DNA of 64,000 nt, taken from the NCBI RefSeq assembly GCF_036492635.1, contig NZ_AP025305.1:3798000-3861999 (forward strand), read 5' to 3'. Position numbers and translations under genes: made by a program. Under the pieces are notes generated by a model. It was not told where the DNA came from, did not search any database, and saw nothing but the letters and a program-made list of their open reading frames with translations. Within the stretch, counting starts at the first letter, position 1. The number at the start of each line of letters is the position of its first letter. This stretch comes from Aureibacter tunicatorum. Lineage in GTDB: Bacteria > Bacteroidota > Bacteroidia > Cytophagales > Cyclobacteriaceae. Shown piece after piece: positions 1-9,429 of the stretch.

Positions 1-1
1 G

Positions 2-862
2 CCTGCTGTTATCATCACTGGCATTTTCGCCTATTTGTATGTCAAATTCAGCCAAGTGCCTCAAGTGGAACCCTTCATTTACGGAATACAACCAGCTGTA
101 ATCGCCATTATTTTCTCTGCGGTAATGAAACTGGCGCCAAAAGCATTCAAAAATCGTGAACTTTGGATTCTTGGAGCAGCGGCAATGACGGCCAGTTTGC
201 TTGGCGTCAATGAGATTGTATGTCTTCTATCTTCAGGAATCATAGGAGCAATTTATTTCTGGATCAAGGAAAATAAGATAACAGCATTGAATTCTATCGC
301 GCCTTTAGTGCTCATGCCATTGGCAAGCGAGGAAAACAGGCTATCGATGATGTCAATATTCGGAATGTTTATCAAAATAGCCATGGTGCTTTACGGCAGT
401 GGTTATTTGCTATTCGCTTATCTTGATGCAGAATTTGTTGCAAGCGGCTGGATGACCAAACAAGAATTAATGGACGCAATCGCTGTTGGGCAGTTCACGC
501 CAGGGCCAGTGCTTTCGTCAGCGACATTTGTTGGCTATCAATTAGGAAGTGTACAAGGCGCTATATTCGCGACACTAGGTATGTTTTTGCCGTCTTTTTT
601 ATTGATTCTGGTCCTGAATCCTATCATTCCCAAAATGAGAAAGTCCAAACCGTTCGCGCTCTTTCTAAACAGCGTTAACGCTGCCGCTGTGGCCTTGATC
701 GCCGCCGTATTGATCGACATGGGCTTGGAAACACTCACTGATTGGAAAACGATCGCATTGGCAGCTATGGGCATAGGACTTAGCCTAACATTAAAAAACA
801 TCAACTCCATGTGGCTGGTGCTGGCAGGCAGTCTGGGTGGCTATGTTTTAAGTTTTCTATAG
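2..862 (+). CDS. chrA: Chromate transporter ChrA-family membrane protein (5' partial, open frame continues to the window start)
   Basis: Hydrophobic multi-TM protein with the ChrA-type motif '...AIAVGQFTPGPVLSSATFVGYQLG'. No stop codon between position 2 and the annotated ATG. Confidence 0.6.
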   Translation, partial: PAVIITGIFAYLYVKFSQVPQVEPFIYGIQPAVIAIIFSAVMKLAPKAFKNRELWILGAAAMTASLLGVNEIVCLLSSGIIGAIYFWIKENKITALNSIAPLVLMPLASEENRLSMMSIFGMFIKIAMVLYGSGYLLFAYLDAEFVASGWMTKQELMDAIAVGQFTPGPVLSSATFVGYQLGSVQGAIFATLGMFLPSFLLILVLNPIIPKMRKSKPFALFLNSVNAAAVALIAAVLIDMGLETLTDWKTIALAAMGIGLSLTLKNINSMWLVLAGSLGGYVLSFL

Positions 863-1075
863 CCTGCCATCCCGCTTTTTGAGCCATAGCGTATTGCGAA
901 AGCTCAATTCATTCGCTTAAAAAACTTCCAAGCATTCATTATCAAAAGAATGAATATTGCGCCGGGAATGACCAATAAAAACAACAGCATATTGAACTCC
1001 ACATAAGTCAAACCCAATAGATTAGCCGCATTGAGGCAAAAATCCGTCAAATACCAATACAGCCAGTCAATAGTT

Positions 1076-1414
1076 TCATCCATAATTTTTTCTCAATAAA
1101 TTAATCAGCAATAACAAAGCAATCGCAGGAACGATGATCACATAGACCAAAAGGTTCATTTGCTCATAAGTCAGGCCTAAGGGATTCTCTCTTAACATCA
1201 AAATATTCTTCCGATATAAGCTAAACATCACTTTCCAAAAGAGATTGCCGTGCTCCGCATCGCCATGTTTGATTAATTGATGCTTGCAAACCACATTATG
1301 GCAATATCTTGTGCATTTTGATTCTTCAAAAGCTGAGATTTGAGGAGCAGCAATCTCATTAACCAAGATCAATACGCTAAAAACACATGCTAATAATATC
1401 AGAATCACCCTCAT
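1076..1414 (-). CDS. Hypothetical small membrane protein with two terminal TM segments and Cys/His-rich middle
   Basis: 112-aa ORF with hydrophobic N and C termini. No recognisable family. Confidence 0.3.
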   Translation of the reverse strand: MRVILILLACVFSVLILVNEIAAPQISAFEESKCTRYCHNVVCKHQLIKHGDAEHGNLFWKVMFSLYRKNILMLRENPLGLTYEQMNLLVYVIIVPAIALLLLINLLRKNYG

Positions 1415-1597
1415 TTGAATTTCCAGTTCAGTTATGGATTCGCAATATATGCAAAAGGCATCATAGGAGATAAATTTTCCGAAAGATCAAACGCGCAAAC
1501 AAGCAATCATATCATTAGCATATAATTTTCCACATTCAACATCGTTTTATCTATTAGTTTATTTTCAGAAGGCCTTTGGCTTATGTAAATTTGTGAC

Positions 1598-2650
1598 ATG
1601 ACAAGCATTACCACAAAAAAAGATATTCGTAAACTGACTGCTGCGCAGATCAAAAAATTCTTTACAGAGAATGGAGACAAAGCATTCCGCGCCAAGCAGG
1701 TGCATGAGTGGCTTTGGAAAAAAAGCGCCAAGTCGTTTGACGAAATGACCAATCTTTCGCTTAAAACCAGAGAATTACTTAAGGAGAATTTTGAAATACT
1801 GCCTGTTCAAGTGCATAACTATCAAGTAAGCAGCGATCGCACGATCAAGTCGGCCTTCAAACTGCATGACACGCACTTGGTGGAAGGCGTATTGATTCCT
1901 ACAGAAGATCGTATGACAGCTTGTGTGTCTTCTCAGGTAGGTTGTTCATTATCCTGCAAATTTTGCGCGACCGGATATATGGACAGGCTTCGTAATCTCG
2001 ACGCGGGAGAAATCTACGACCAAGTAGTGCGCATCAAAGAACAAGCGGAAGAAAATTATAACCACCCTTTGACAAACATAGTGTACATGGGAATGGGAGA
2101 GCCATTGCTTAACTATGCCAATGTGTTGAAGTCGGTGGAATATATTACTTCTGAAAAAGGCTTGAACATGTCGCCTAAGCGTATCACGGTGAGCACAGCC
2201 GGCATCGCTAAGATGATCAAAAAGCTGGCTGACGACGAGGTAAAATTCAACTTGGCGCTATCGCTTCATGCTGCTAACGACGAGAAGCGCGACAAGATCA
2301 TGCCTATCAACGAAACCAATACTTTGTCGGCGCTATCAGAAGCGCTTCAATATTTCTATAAAAAGACTAAGAATAAGATCACTTTAGAATATATTGTATT
2401 TTATGATGTAAATGACTCGTTGCAAGATGCCCAAGAGTTGTTCGACTTTGCTAAACGCATTCCTTGCAAGATCAATATCATTGAGTACAACCCTATAGCA
2501 GAAGCAGATTTTGTAAATACTGAACAGGACAGACTGGATAAATTTGCTGCATTTTTGGAAAAGAAAAACCTTACTGTCAATGTAAGACGAAGCCGTGGAA
2601 AAGATATCGATGCGGCATGCGGCCAGTTGGCAAACAAGGAATCAAAATAG
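1598..2650 (+). CDS. rlmN: 23S rRNA (adenine2503-C2)-methyltransferase RlmN (radical SAM)
   Basis: CxxxCxxC radical-SAM motif 'CSLSCKFCATG', conserved 'MGMGEPLLN', and a terminal Cys-containing region typical of RlmN/Cfr. Confidence 0.9.
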   Translation: MTSITTKKDIRKLTAAQIKKFFTENGDKAFRAKQVHEWLWKKSAKSFDEMTNLSLKTRELLKENFEILPVQVHNYQVSSDRTIKSAFKLHDTHLVEGVLIPTEDRMTACVSSQVGCSLSCKFCATGYMDRLRNLDAGEIYDQVVRIKEQAEENYNHPLTNIVYMGMGEPLLNYANVLKSVEYITSEKGLNMSPKRITVSTAGIAKMIKKLADDEVKFNLALSLHAANDEKRDKIMPINETNTLSALSEALQYFYKKTKNKITLEYIVFYDVNDSLQDAQELFDFAKRIPCKINIIEYNPIAEADFVNTEQDRLDKFAAFLEKKNLTVNVRRSRGKDIDAACGQLANKESK

Positions 2651-2659
2651 ACTAAGACT

Positions 2660-3619
2660 GTGGAGACAATAACATCAAATATAGTTCAATACGCCGAAAA
2701 GGTATTTGAAATAGAAGCAAAAGCAATCGCTGACTTGAAGAAGAATCTCACGGAGGATTTTGAAAAGGCAGTGAAGGAGATATTGGCCGGAGACGGCAAG
2801 CTGGTGATCTCAGGAATGGGAAAATCAGGAATCATCGGTAAGAAAATCGCCGCTACGCTGGCAAGCACAGGCACGCCGTCGTTTTTTATGCATCCCGGAG
2901 AAGCATTTCATGGAGACTTGGGCATGGTGACTCCTGAAGATGTTGTGATCGTGATTTCCAACTCAGGGGAAACGAATGAGATGTTGAACATCATTCCTTT
3001 CTTCAAGGACAATGGCAATACGCTTATCGCCATGACCGGCAATCCTGAGTCTACTTTAGCAAAAAATTCGAATTATCACCTGAATATAGCGGTGGAAGAA
3101 GAAGCTTGTCCGCTTTCATTGGCGCCAACGTCGTCTACTACGGCGACTTTGGTGATGGGAGATGCTTTGGCTGTTGCTTTGATGTATGAAAGAGGCTTCA
3201 AAGCGGAGAATTTTGCTAGATTCCACCCTGGAGGAAGTCTTGGAAAAAGATTGCTTACCAATGCTTCTACCTTGATGAAAAGTGAAAACTTGCCGATCAT
3301 CAGTAAAGAAGACAACACGAAGACGATTATCGCCAAGATTACAGAAGGCAGACTTGGTCTGGCTATTGTGATGCAGGAAGAATCTATCGCAGGAATTATC
3401 ACTGACGGAGACATTCGTCGCGCGATGGAATCCAAGGAAGAAAACTTCTTTCAGTTAACGGCTGAAGAGCTGATGACTCCAAATCCTAAAACGATTGCTT
3501 CTCAGGCTAAGATCGCTGAGGCTGAAGAACTGATGAATCATTATAAGATAAACTCTCTGTTAGTCGCTGAGGACAACAAGCTTCTAGGCGTATTGCAGAT
3601 TTATGATATTAACGTTTAA
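2660..3619 (+). CDS. kdsD: Arabinose-5-phosphate isomerase (KpsF/GutQ family; SIS plus tandem CBS domains)
   Basis: SIS motif 'VISGMGKSGIIGKKIAATLASTGTPSFF' and C-terminal CBS pair. Immediately precedes kdsB and kdsA. Confidence 0.85.
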   Translation: METITSNIVQYAEKVFEIEAKAIADLKKNLTEDFEKAVKEILAGDGKLVISGMGKSGIIGKKIAATLASTGTPSFFMHPGEAFHGDLGMVTPEDVVIVISNSGETNEMLNIIPFFKDNGNTLIAMTGNPESTLAKNSNYHLNIAVEEEACPLSLAPTSSTTATLVMGDALAVALMYERGFKAENFARFHPGGSLGKRLLTNASTLMKSENLPIISKEDNTKTIIAKITEGRLGLAIVMQEESIAGIITDGDIRRAMESKEENFFQLTAEELMTPNPKTIASQAKIAEAEELMNHYKINSLLVAEDNKLLGVLQIYDINV

Positions 3620-3624
3620 ATCCA

Positions 3625-4398
3625 TTGACTGAAATGAAAAAAATCGTAGTCATACCAGCTCGCTTGGGATCATCGCGTTTGCCGGAAAAAGTCATCCTTG
3701 ACCTTGCCGGCAAGCCTGTAGTGCAGTGGGTTTACGAAAGAGCCTTGTCAGCGAATTATATTGACGAAGTATACATCGCTACAGACAGCGAAAGAGTCAA
3801 AGAAATCTGCCTTGAGTTTACTGAAAATGTTATCATGACTTCAGAAGCCCATCAATCCGGCACAGATCGCATTGCTGAAGCAGTGCAAAGCATTGAAGCT
3901 GATGTGATCATCAATGTGCAGGGAGATGAGCCTTTGATCAGTCCGGAGGTGATTGATCAGTTGGCAGGGCAGTTTGACGAAAACCCTGACTTGCAAATGG
4001 GAAGCGTCAAGACTCCGATCAGCAAAGTCCATGATGCTTTGGATCCGAATGTGGTCAAAGTTGTCACTAATGCCGAAGGCTACGCTATTTATTTCTCCAG
4101 AAGCCCGATACCTTATCCAAGAGATCTATTTGACAGCCTGCAAGGTGTAGAGCTTCTTCCTGAAGACCTTAAATACTTCAAGCATCTGGGAATATATGGC
4201 TACACCAAAGATTTTATTCAGAAATACAGTCAACTGACACCAACGTATCTGGAAACGACGGAAAAACTGGAACAGTTGAGAGTCTTGGAAAATGGATACG
4301 CTATCAAAATGGTTGAAACCGATTACAGTCCTGTGGGAATTGATACGGCTGAAGACCTTGAGAAAGCTCGAAAAATCATGGAAACGTTGGAAGTCTAG
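3625..4398 (+). CDS. kdsB: 3-deoxy-manno-octulosonate cytidylyltransferase (CMP-Kdo synthetase)
   Basis: N-terminal 'VVIPARLGSSRLPEKV' nucleotidyltransferase signature. Sits in the Kdo operon context. Confidence 0.9.
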   Translation: MTEMKKIVVIPARLGSSRLPEKVILDLAGKPVVQWVYERALSANYIDEVYIATDSERVKEICLEFTENVIMTSEAHQSGTDRIAEAVQSIEADVIINVQGDEPLISPEVIDQLAGQFDENPDLQMGSVKTPISKVHDALDPNVVKVVTNAEGYAIYFSRSPIPYPRDLFDSLQGVELLPEDLKYFKHLGIYGYTKDFIQKYSQLTPTYLETTEKLEQLRVLENGYAIKMVETDYSPVGIDTAEDLEKARKIMETLEV

Positions 4399-4404
4399 TC
4401 AATT

Positions 4405-4442
4405 TCCTGTTTTCAAGTATTAAATTACCACTTGAAAACAGC
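4405..4442. repeat. Perfect inverted repeat (ctgttttcaagt...cttgaaaacag) just after the kdsB stop. Hairpin without a T-tract.
   Basis: 11-12 bp arms around a 12-nt loop, read directly from the sequence. Confidence 0.5.
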
Positions 4443-4446
4443 GAAG

Positions 4447-4620
4447 TCCCCCTTAGAAGGGGGTAGGGGGATGTTCTGTCAAATATCTCTGAGATTAAAT
4501 ATATATAAAAATCTGTAAAAGGTTTATAAAGTATTAATTAGGTTATTCTCCCTTTAAAGGGAGTTAGAGGGATGTTCATCATTACGCACTACATCCCCCT
4601 TCGCCCCCTTCAAAGGGGGA
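4447..4620. repeat. Three short G/C-rich palindromic hairpin units in the kdsB-kdsA intergenic region
   Basis: Copies: cccccttagaagggggtagggggatgttc, ctccctttaaagggagttagagggatgttc, cccccttcgcccccttcaaaggggga. Units 1 and 2 share roughly 30 bp including the 'gatgttc' tail. Confidence 0.5.
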
Positions 4621-4666
4621 TTATACTTCATCGTCACTTTTATAAAAGCAAAAAACATAAGCATCA

Positions 4667-5473
4667 ATGGATAGCAATACACTTTACAATAAACTTAAAG
4701 AAGGCAATTTCCTTATCTCAGGACCATGTGTCATCGAAGGAGAAGACATGATCTTGCGTTTGGCTGAAAAGATCAAGAAGATTTCTGAGGATTTTGATCT
4801 GACTTATATCTTCAAAGCATCATTTGACAAGGCTAATCGTACTTCCATCACTTCATTCAGAGGTCCGGGCATGGAAGAAGGATTGAAGATATTGCAAAAA
4901 GTCAAGGATCAGTTTGACCTGCCGATTTGCACGGATATTCATGAGTCATACCAAGCTTCGCCGGTAAGTGAAGTAGCTGATATCCTTCAGATCCCTGCAT
5001 TTCTTTGCCGCCAGACAGACCTTTTGGTAGCTTCAGCAGAGACAGGTCGCATCATTAATATCAAAAAAGGCCAGTTCTTGTCTGGAAATGATATGAAATA
5101 CCCTGCTCAGAAAGTTGTGGATGCAGGCAACGACAAAGTAGTATTGACTGAACGTGGCAATATGATGGGCTATGGAAACCTAGTCGTTGACTATCGCAAT
5201 ATCGTTGACATGAAGCAATTCGGATTTCCTGTCGTGATGGATGTGACTCATTCGACACAAAAGCCGGGTGGTCTGGATGGAAAAAGTGGAGGAAACAGAG
5301 CATACGCCCCATACCTTACAGCCGCAGCCGCTGCCGTAGGTGCCAATGGCTTCTTCTTTGAAGTGCATGAAAACCCAGACGAAGCTCTATGCGACGGACC
5401 AAACATGGTGAAGCTGGAAGACTTCAAAAACATCCTTGAGATCGCATTTGAAGGAAAAAGAATCAACGGATAA
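4667..5473 (+). CDS. kdsA: 3-deoxy-8-phosphooctulonate synthase (Kdo-8-P synthase)
   Basis: Typical KdsA length and motifs ('DVTHSTQ', 'GGNRAY'). Sits in the Kdo operon context. Confidence 0.9.
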   Translation: MDSNTLYNKLKEGNFLISGPCVIEGEDMILRLAEKIKKISEDFDLTYIFKASFDKANRTSITSFRGPGMEEGLKILQKVKDQFDLPICTDIHESYQASPVSEVADILQIPAFLCRQTDLLVASAETGRIINIKKGQFLSGNDMKYPAQKVVDAGNDKVVLTERGNMMGYGNLVVDYRNIVDMKQFGFPVVMDVTHSTQKPGGLDGKSGGNRAYAPYLTAAAAAVGANGFFFEVHENPDEALCDGPNMVKLEDFKNILEIAFEGKRING

Positions 5474-5495
5474 GATATTCTGAATATAAATGTGA

Positions 5496-5527
5496 AAAGC
5501 CGGCTTAGAGATGAGCCGGCTTTTTTG
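5496..5527 (+). terminator. Rho-independent terminator after kdsA
   Basis: aagccggct-tagagatg-agccggctt followed by TTTTTT. Confidence 0.8.
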
Positions 5528-5602
5528 ATTATAGTATCTTGTCTTGAAAAAATCAGCTGGTTCGTCATCTTTGAAGCTTACTCATGAAAGTTTAGAGTGG
5601 CT

Positions 5603-6133
5603 TTATAATCCTTCTTGAATTATTTTCAATGTTTCAATCGGATATTTTTCTTTGCGTCTGATAAGTTTTCGAACACTTGTTTTTTCATGCTCCTCTAACA
5701 GTACTATCACTTTTAGGTTTTGGCCATATTCATCATGCTCAAGGGCAACTTCCAAAAATATTTCTATTAGTGTATTAAAGTCCTTAAAGTTGTTAAAATA
5801 CATGTATTGGGCATCATGGAGTATAAAGAACTTATGTTGGGGTAAACCTTCGCCTCGAATAACATCTTTAACAGCATTCCAATTTATACCCATTTCGAAC
5901 CCCCAAGGAGTGGAATGACAAAGTTGATAGCAAAAGTCCTCAAAATTTACTGCCAATTTTCCATAAATGGGGCTGGTTTGTGAATTAGGCTGATGATTTA
6001 ACGCTTGAATTAATGTGGTTCCGAACCATTGTAAGTCAGATCGTTTCCCTGAACAAATTAAGTGATTTGACAATGCCAACTCAACACACTCTTTTACCCA
6101 ATCATTAGTATATACATTAATTGTTTTGCTCAT
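5603..6133 (-). CDS. Barstar-like (barnase-inhibitor family) immunity-type protein with an extra N-terminal domain
   Basis: C-terminal half 'TPWGFEMGINWNAVKDVIRGEGLPQHKFFILHDAQ' resembles the barstar 'PEYYGENLDALWDCLTG...PLVLEW' core. Assignment from memory, not searched. Confidence 0.4.
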   Translation of the reverse strand: MSKTINVYTNDWVKECVELALSNHLICSGKRSDLQWFGTTLIQALNHQPNSQTSPIYGKLAVNFEDFCYQLCHSTPWGFEMGINWNAVKDVIRGEGLPQHKFFILHDAQYMYFNNFKDFNTLIEIFLEVALEHDEYGQNLKVIVLLEEHEKTSVRKLIRRKEKYPIETLKIIQEGL

Positions 6134-6172
6134 TTTTAATTTACTCCTATGATCATTTCACTTAAAAAGGTA

Positions 6173-6475
6173 TTATTTCTTATTATAATTACCATTACGA
6201 AACTCTAATTCCATTTTATCAGTACTCCATCCTTGAGTTAATGCATATGCGATTGATTTACTTACAAACTTTGGAGTAATGCTTTTAGGTTCAAAGCCAT
6301 GGGGCTTGCTTTCTTGATCATTCGCATAAAGCCAAATGTCATAGCATCCCAAATCTATTATCAACAAACTATTTTACGATTCTTGAGCTATCACGAATAC
6401 TTTTTCGTTGAATCTCCAGTAAAACTCACGATTGTCAACAATTATTTGTCTTAGTCCTTTTTTAGAAATAGCCAT
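6173..6475 (-). pseudogene. Roughly 100-aa ORF interrupted by a single in-frame TAA (minus-strand codon at 6374-6376). Unknown family.
   Basis: Reading frame from ATG 6475 runs 33 codons, then TAA, then continues in the same frame into the 64-aa ORF 6173..6367 (MAISKK...VIAQES*NSLLIIDLG...). Confidence 0.45.
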
Positions 6476-6684
6476 TTAATCTTCTCCATATTACCACAGG
6501 CTCATCATATCCAATGTGAACCTGTTTTTATTGGCATCTCTGATGCTTATTTTAATCTTGCATCGGAGATACGAATTAGCAGGAGAACTTCATCAATAAT
6601 TGCGATTTCTTTCTAATCAAAATCAAGCCTTCATATTGGACTCTGCTAGCCAAGCGAAGACTTAGCTCTTGATTCAAATTTTCT

Positions 6685-7053
6685 TTAGATCCATTCGGTT
6701 TTTTCTTGAGTGAGATCGGACTTTTCGTTTTGTCCGGTATTAATTGTATTAGCAGGTTCAAATAACATTACCTGAACCTCGTTTTCCACTACCGGTCTAT
6801 GTTCTACCCCACGCGGAATAATAATGAACTCGCCCTTTTTGATAGTAATCGTTTTGTCCCTCAACTCCATGTCAAACTCTCCTTCGATAACCAAAAACAT
6901 TTCATCCTCATTGTCATGCTTGTGCCATTCAAATTCCCCTTGCGCTTTAACAAGCTTAACATGCTGTCCATTAAGCTCCCCAACAATGCGAGGATTCCAA
7001 TGATCATCAAAAAGGGACATTTTATCAGCTATAGATATTTTTTTAATTTCCAT
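6685..7053 (-). CDS. Cupin-domain protein
   Basis: Cupin motifs 'GEFEWHKHDNEDEMFLVIEG' and 'GEFIIIPRGVEHRP'. Confidence 0.7.
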   Translation of the reverse strand: MEIKKISIADKMSLFDDHWNPRIVGELNGQHVKLVKAQGEFEWHKHDNEDEMFLVIEGEFDMELRDKTITIKKGEFIIIPRGVEHRPVVENEVQVMLFEPANTINTGQNEKSDLTQEKTEWI

Positions 7054-7370
7054 TTGAATAAAGTTTAATGTGATTATAGCTTTTTAGCTTAAATAATAGT
7101 GTAGGAATATTGTCTTTTGCCATGCAAACCCATCATGTTTTCATCATAAATCAAAAATATGCTTAGGGCATTAAGCACACAATAACTGTCAACATTGACA
7201 GTATTAAATATTTAATAAAAATCATTGATAAAAACCAAAAATAAACTATAAATATATTTGAAAATTCCTACTTTCAACATTCAGCTTCACTCCCGTTTGA
7301 AATGAAGTACAACGGTGTAGAAAATCAAAGGGCATATATTTTAGCTCTAGTTATAGCCAGTCTTATCGTT

Positions 7371-8111
7371 TCAATATTCATCAAGAGCTATTCCTAATTG
7401 GTAGCCATCAATAAGTATGGGTAAAGTATCATTTGCCAATTCAAAAAAAGGCAACTCTCCTGTCTTAATTTTTATACCCAATTCTTCCTTAGGTAATAAA
7501 TGATTAGCATGATCTAAATATGTTCCTTTCATCAAGTGCCTGAACTCATGTTGAAATATTACTGCCGCAAACCCTTCCAACTTTCCACGTTGTATTTCAC
7601 CTTTTTGATTTTGACATTCATACTCAATCCATTCAAAACTTGCCACATTCCCTCTTTTTTCTCCATGAGCGCTTAGACATCCATGCCAAAAATTTTTACG
7701 CGCCTTAGAGACATTGATGATTTTGGGATTAATAAAAACCTGTTTTTCAACAGATCCTAATACTTTGTATCTTGGATTATCAGCTTTAGCTTCAATGATA
7801 AATATTTGCAAACTTTTCCCTATTTGGTTGGCAGCAATCCCCACACCAGCCTTTCTAAGCATTACAGTGTACATGCTATCTATAAGTGTATTAAGTTCAG
7901 AAGAATTGAACTCATCGGATTTAATTCTCCTTGGATTTAAGTAAAGCGTATTTTGACTTCTTCCTTCTGCATTCACAGGAATATGTTGAACCACTTCAAA
8001 CCCTTCCTTAGGTACTTTCAATGTAAGTGCATCATCTACCGAGCAAGCTGTTTGCAATAATACTGTCATTATTATCACTGCACAAGTTAAATAACTACGA
8101 ATCATAGCCAA
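7371..8111 (-). CDS. Peptide deformylase-like metallohydrolase with lipoprotein signal peptide
   Basis: All three PDF motifs present: 'GVGIAANQIG', 'HGCLS', 'QHEFRHL'. N-terminus 'MAMIRSYLTCAVIIMTVLLQTAC' is a lipobox signal. Confidence 0.6.
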   Translation of the reverse strand: MAMIRSYLTCAVIIMTVLLQTACSVDDALTLKVPKEGFEVVQHIPVNAEGRSQNTLYLNPRRIKSDEFNSSELNTLIDSMYTVMLRKAGVGIAANQIGKSLQIFIIEAKADNPRYKVLGSVEKQVFINPKIINVSKARKNFWHGCLSAHGEKRGNVASFEWIEYECQNQKGEIQRGKLEGFAAVIFQHEFRHLMKGTYLDHANHLLPKEELGIKIKTGELPFFELANDTLPILIDGYQLGIALDEY

Positions 8112-8449
8112 TTACATGCGTTTTAAATTTTGATTGATTTTCACCTCCAAAATAGATGATGAAATATTCATTTTCATCACCTTTTCAAGATAAAATATAT
8201 TTTATTAATTAAAATAGAGCTAAAGGAAATTCATAAAATATTATCGATACCAATAATCAATATAAGCCAAAATTTTAGACCAAGCTATTGAATACCTCCA
8301 CCTTATCTCCCCACAATTTTTCGGTAGAAGACAACTGTTAGTAATATTACTAAGCTGATTATTATATTCGTCGTTATGGCCTCTTATCTTTTCAATTTAA
8401 TGCATACTCTAATTATGCCTATGTGTATTATATAAAGCTACAAACTCGC

Positions 8450-9076
8450 TTAAAATTTATATCCTATTCTCAACTGAAAGTTTATTTCAGTAAATTTGGA
8501 TTCATCTTGACTATATGCAACATTACTTAGTTCAGGCAATATAATTTCACAATAAAATTTACTTTGATCAGGATTATATTTTATCCCAGCCATGATATTA
8601 TACATGACAAATATGTTACTTTCTCCAAATTCATCAATTCGATAAAAACTATTATGGTATTCTGAATTTAAACTTAAATCATAAGACTTGTAACAAGCTC
8701 CGACACCAAGACCTAATAGGAATTTGAAATTATTCACCTTAAATAATTCATATTGAAAATTAGATTTCAAATGAAAGACAAGGCTTTTATATTCATAGTC
8801 ATTAGTATTTTCTTTAGATAAATTGACACTTGCATTTTTATATATACCAACACTAGCATTTGGAACAAAATAGAGCTTATCTATAAATATTTGTTTTTTA
8901 TATCCAGTTTCGATTTCTATTCCATCTGCTTCGACTTCACTATTTATATTAGAATTATAATTAATATTGTTCATTAATTTTCCATAACCAACTCCGAGAA
9001 AAATTGATTGATCTTGTGAAAATGCTTTGGTAAGGCTCAATAAAATCAACAAAGTGAATAAAAATGTATTTTTCAT
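8450..9076 (-). CDS. Outer-membrane beta-barrel (porin-family) protein
   Basis: Signal peptide 'MKNTFLFTLLILLSLTKAFSQ', alternating beta-strand pattern, aromatic C-terminus '...IGYKF'. Confidence 0.55.
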   Translation of the reverse strand: MKNTFLFTLLILLSLTKAFSQDQSIFLGVGYGKLMNNINYNSNINSEVEADGIEIETGYKKQIFIDKLYFVPNASVGIYKNASVNLSKENTNDYEYKSLVFHLKSNFQYELFKVNNFKFLLGLGVGACYKSYDLSLNSEYHNSFYRIDEFGESNIFVMYNIMAGIKYNPDQSKFYCEIILPELSNVAYSQDESKFTEINFQLRIGYKF

Positions 9077-9303
9077 ATTAAATTTTAGTTTTTATATGTT
9101 TTGAATACAAATCTAATATTTTTCACCTTACTCAATATTATTATTTATTTAAATCATTAAAATAAAATGGCTTTTGATATCATCGACGTATATTTTTCTT
9201 TCCAAATGACCTTATTTTTTTAAAAAATTTATTGCTGGTTCACAACACTGTTATAAATCACAATTTAAACAGCACTTCCAGTGCAAACATAGAACTTTGC
9301 ACC

Positions 9304-9357
9304 AAAGATGACAGATCATATTAGGTTCGCATTTATCTAAATTGCAGAACCAGCAAA
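9304..9357 (+). repeat. Roughly 52-bp conserved motif, copy 1 (gatgacagatca...ttcgcat...gcagaaccagcaaa)
   Basis: About 75% identical to 10213..10265 in the same orientation. Lies in the 5' region of a minus-strand gene. Confidence 0.5.
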
Positions 9358-9429
9358 AGACATAGCATACCTTTCGTCCCCACAGTGAAAAGGCATACTA
9401 GACTTGAGCCATTATTAACGGTTTGCGCT

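Noticed and set aside
538-810. Antisense or overlapping short ORFs inside well-supported genes (for example 538..810, 2401..2637, 3076..3435, 5061..5568, 11646..12214, 14077..15125, 61626..62027 and many others in the ORF track)
   Set aside because: They lie on the opposite strand or a shifted frame of genes with strong homology and show biased low-complexity translations. They are treated as non-coding.
1507-1752. 81-aa ORF on the minus strand overlapping the rlmN start
   Set aside because: It overlaps the strongly supported rlmN N-terminus and promoter region and has no features of a real protein.
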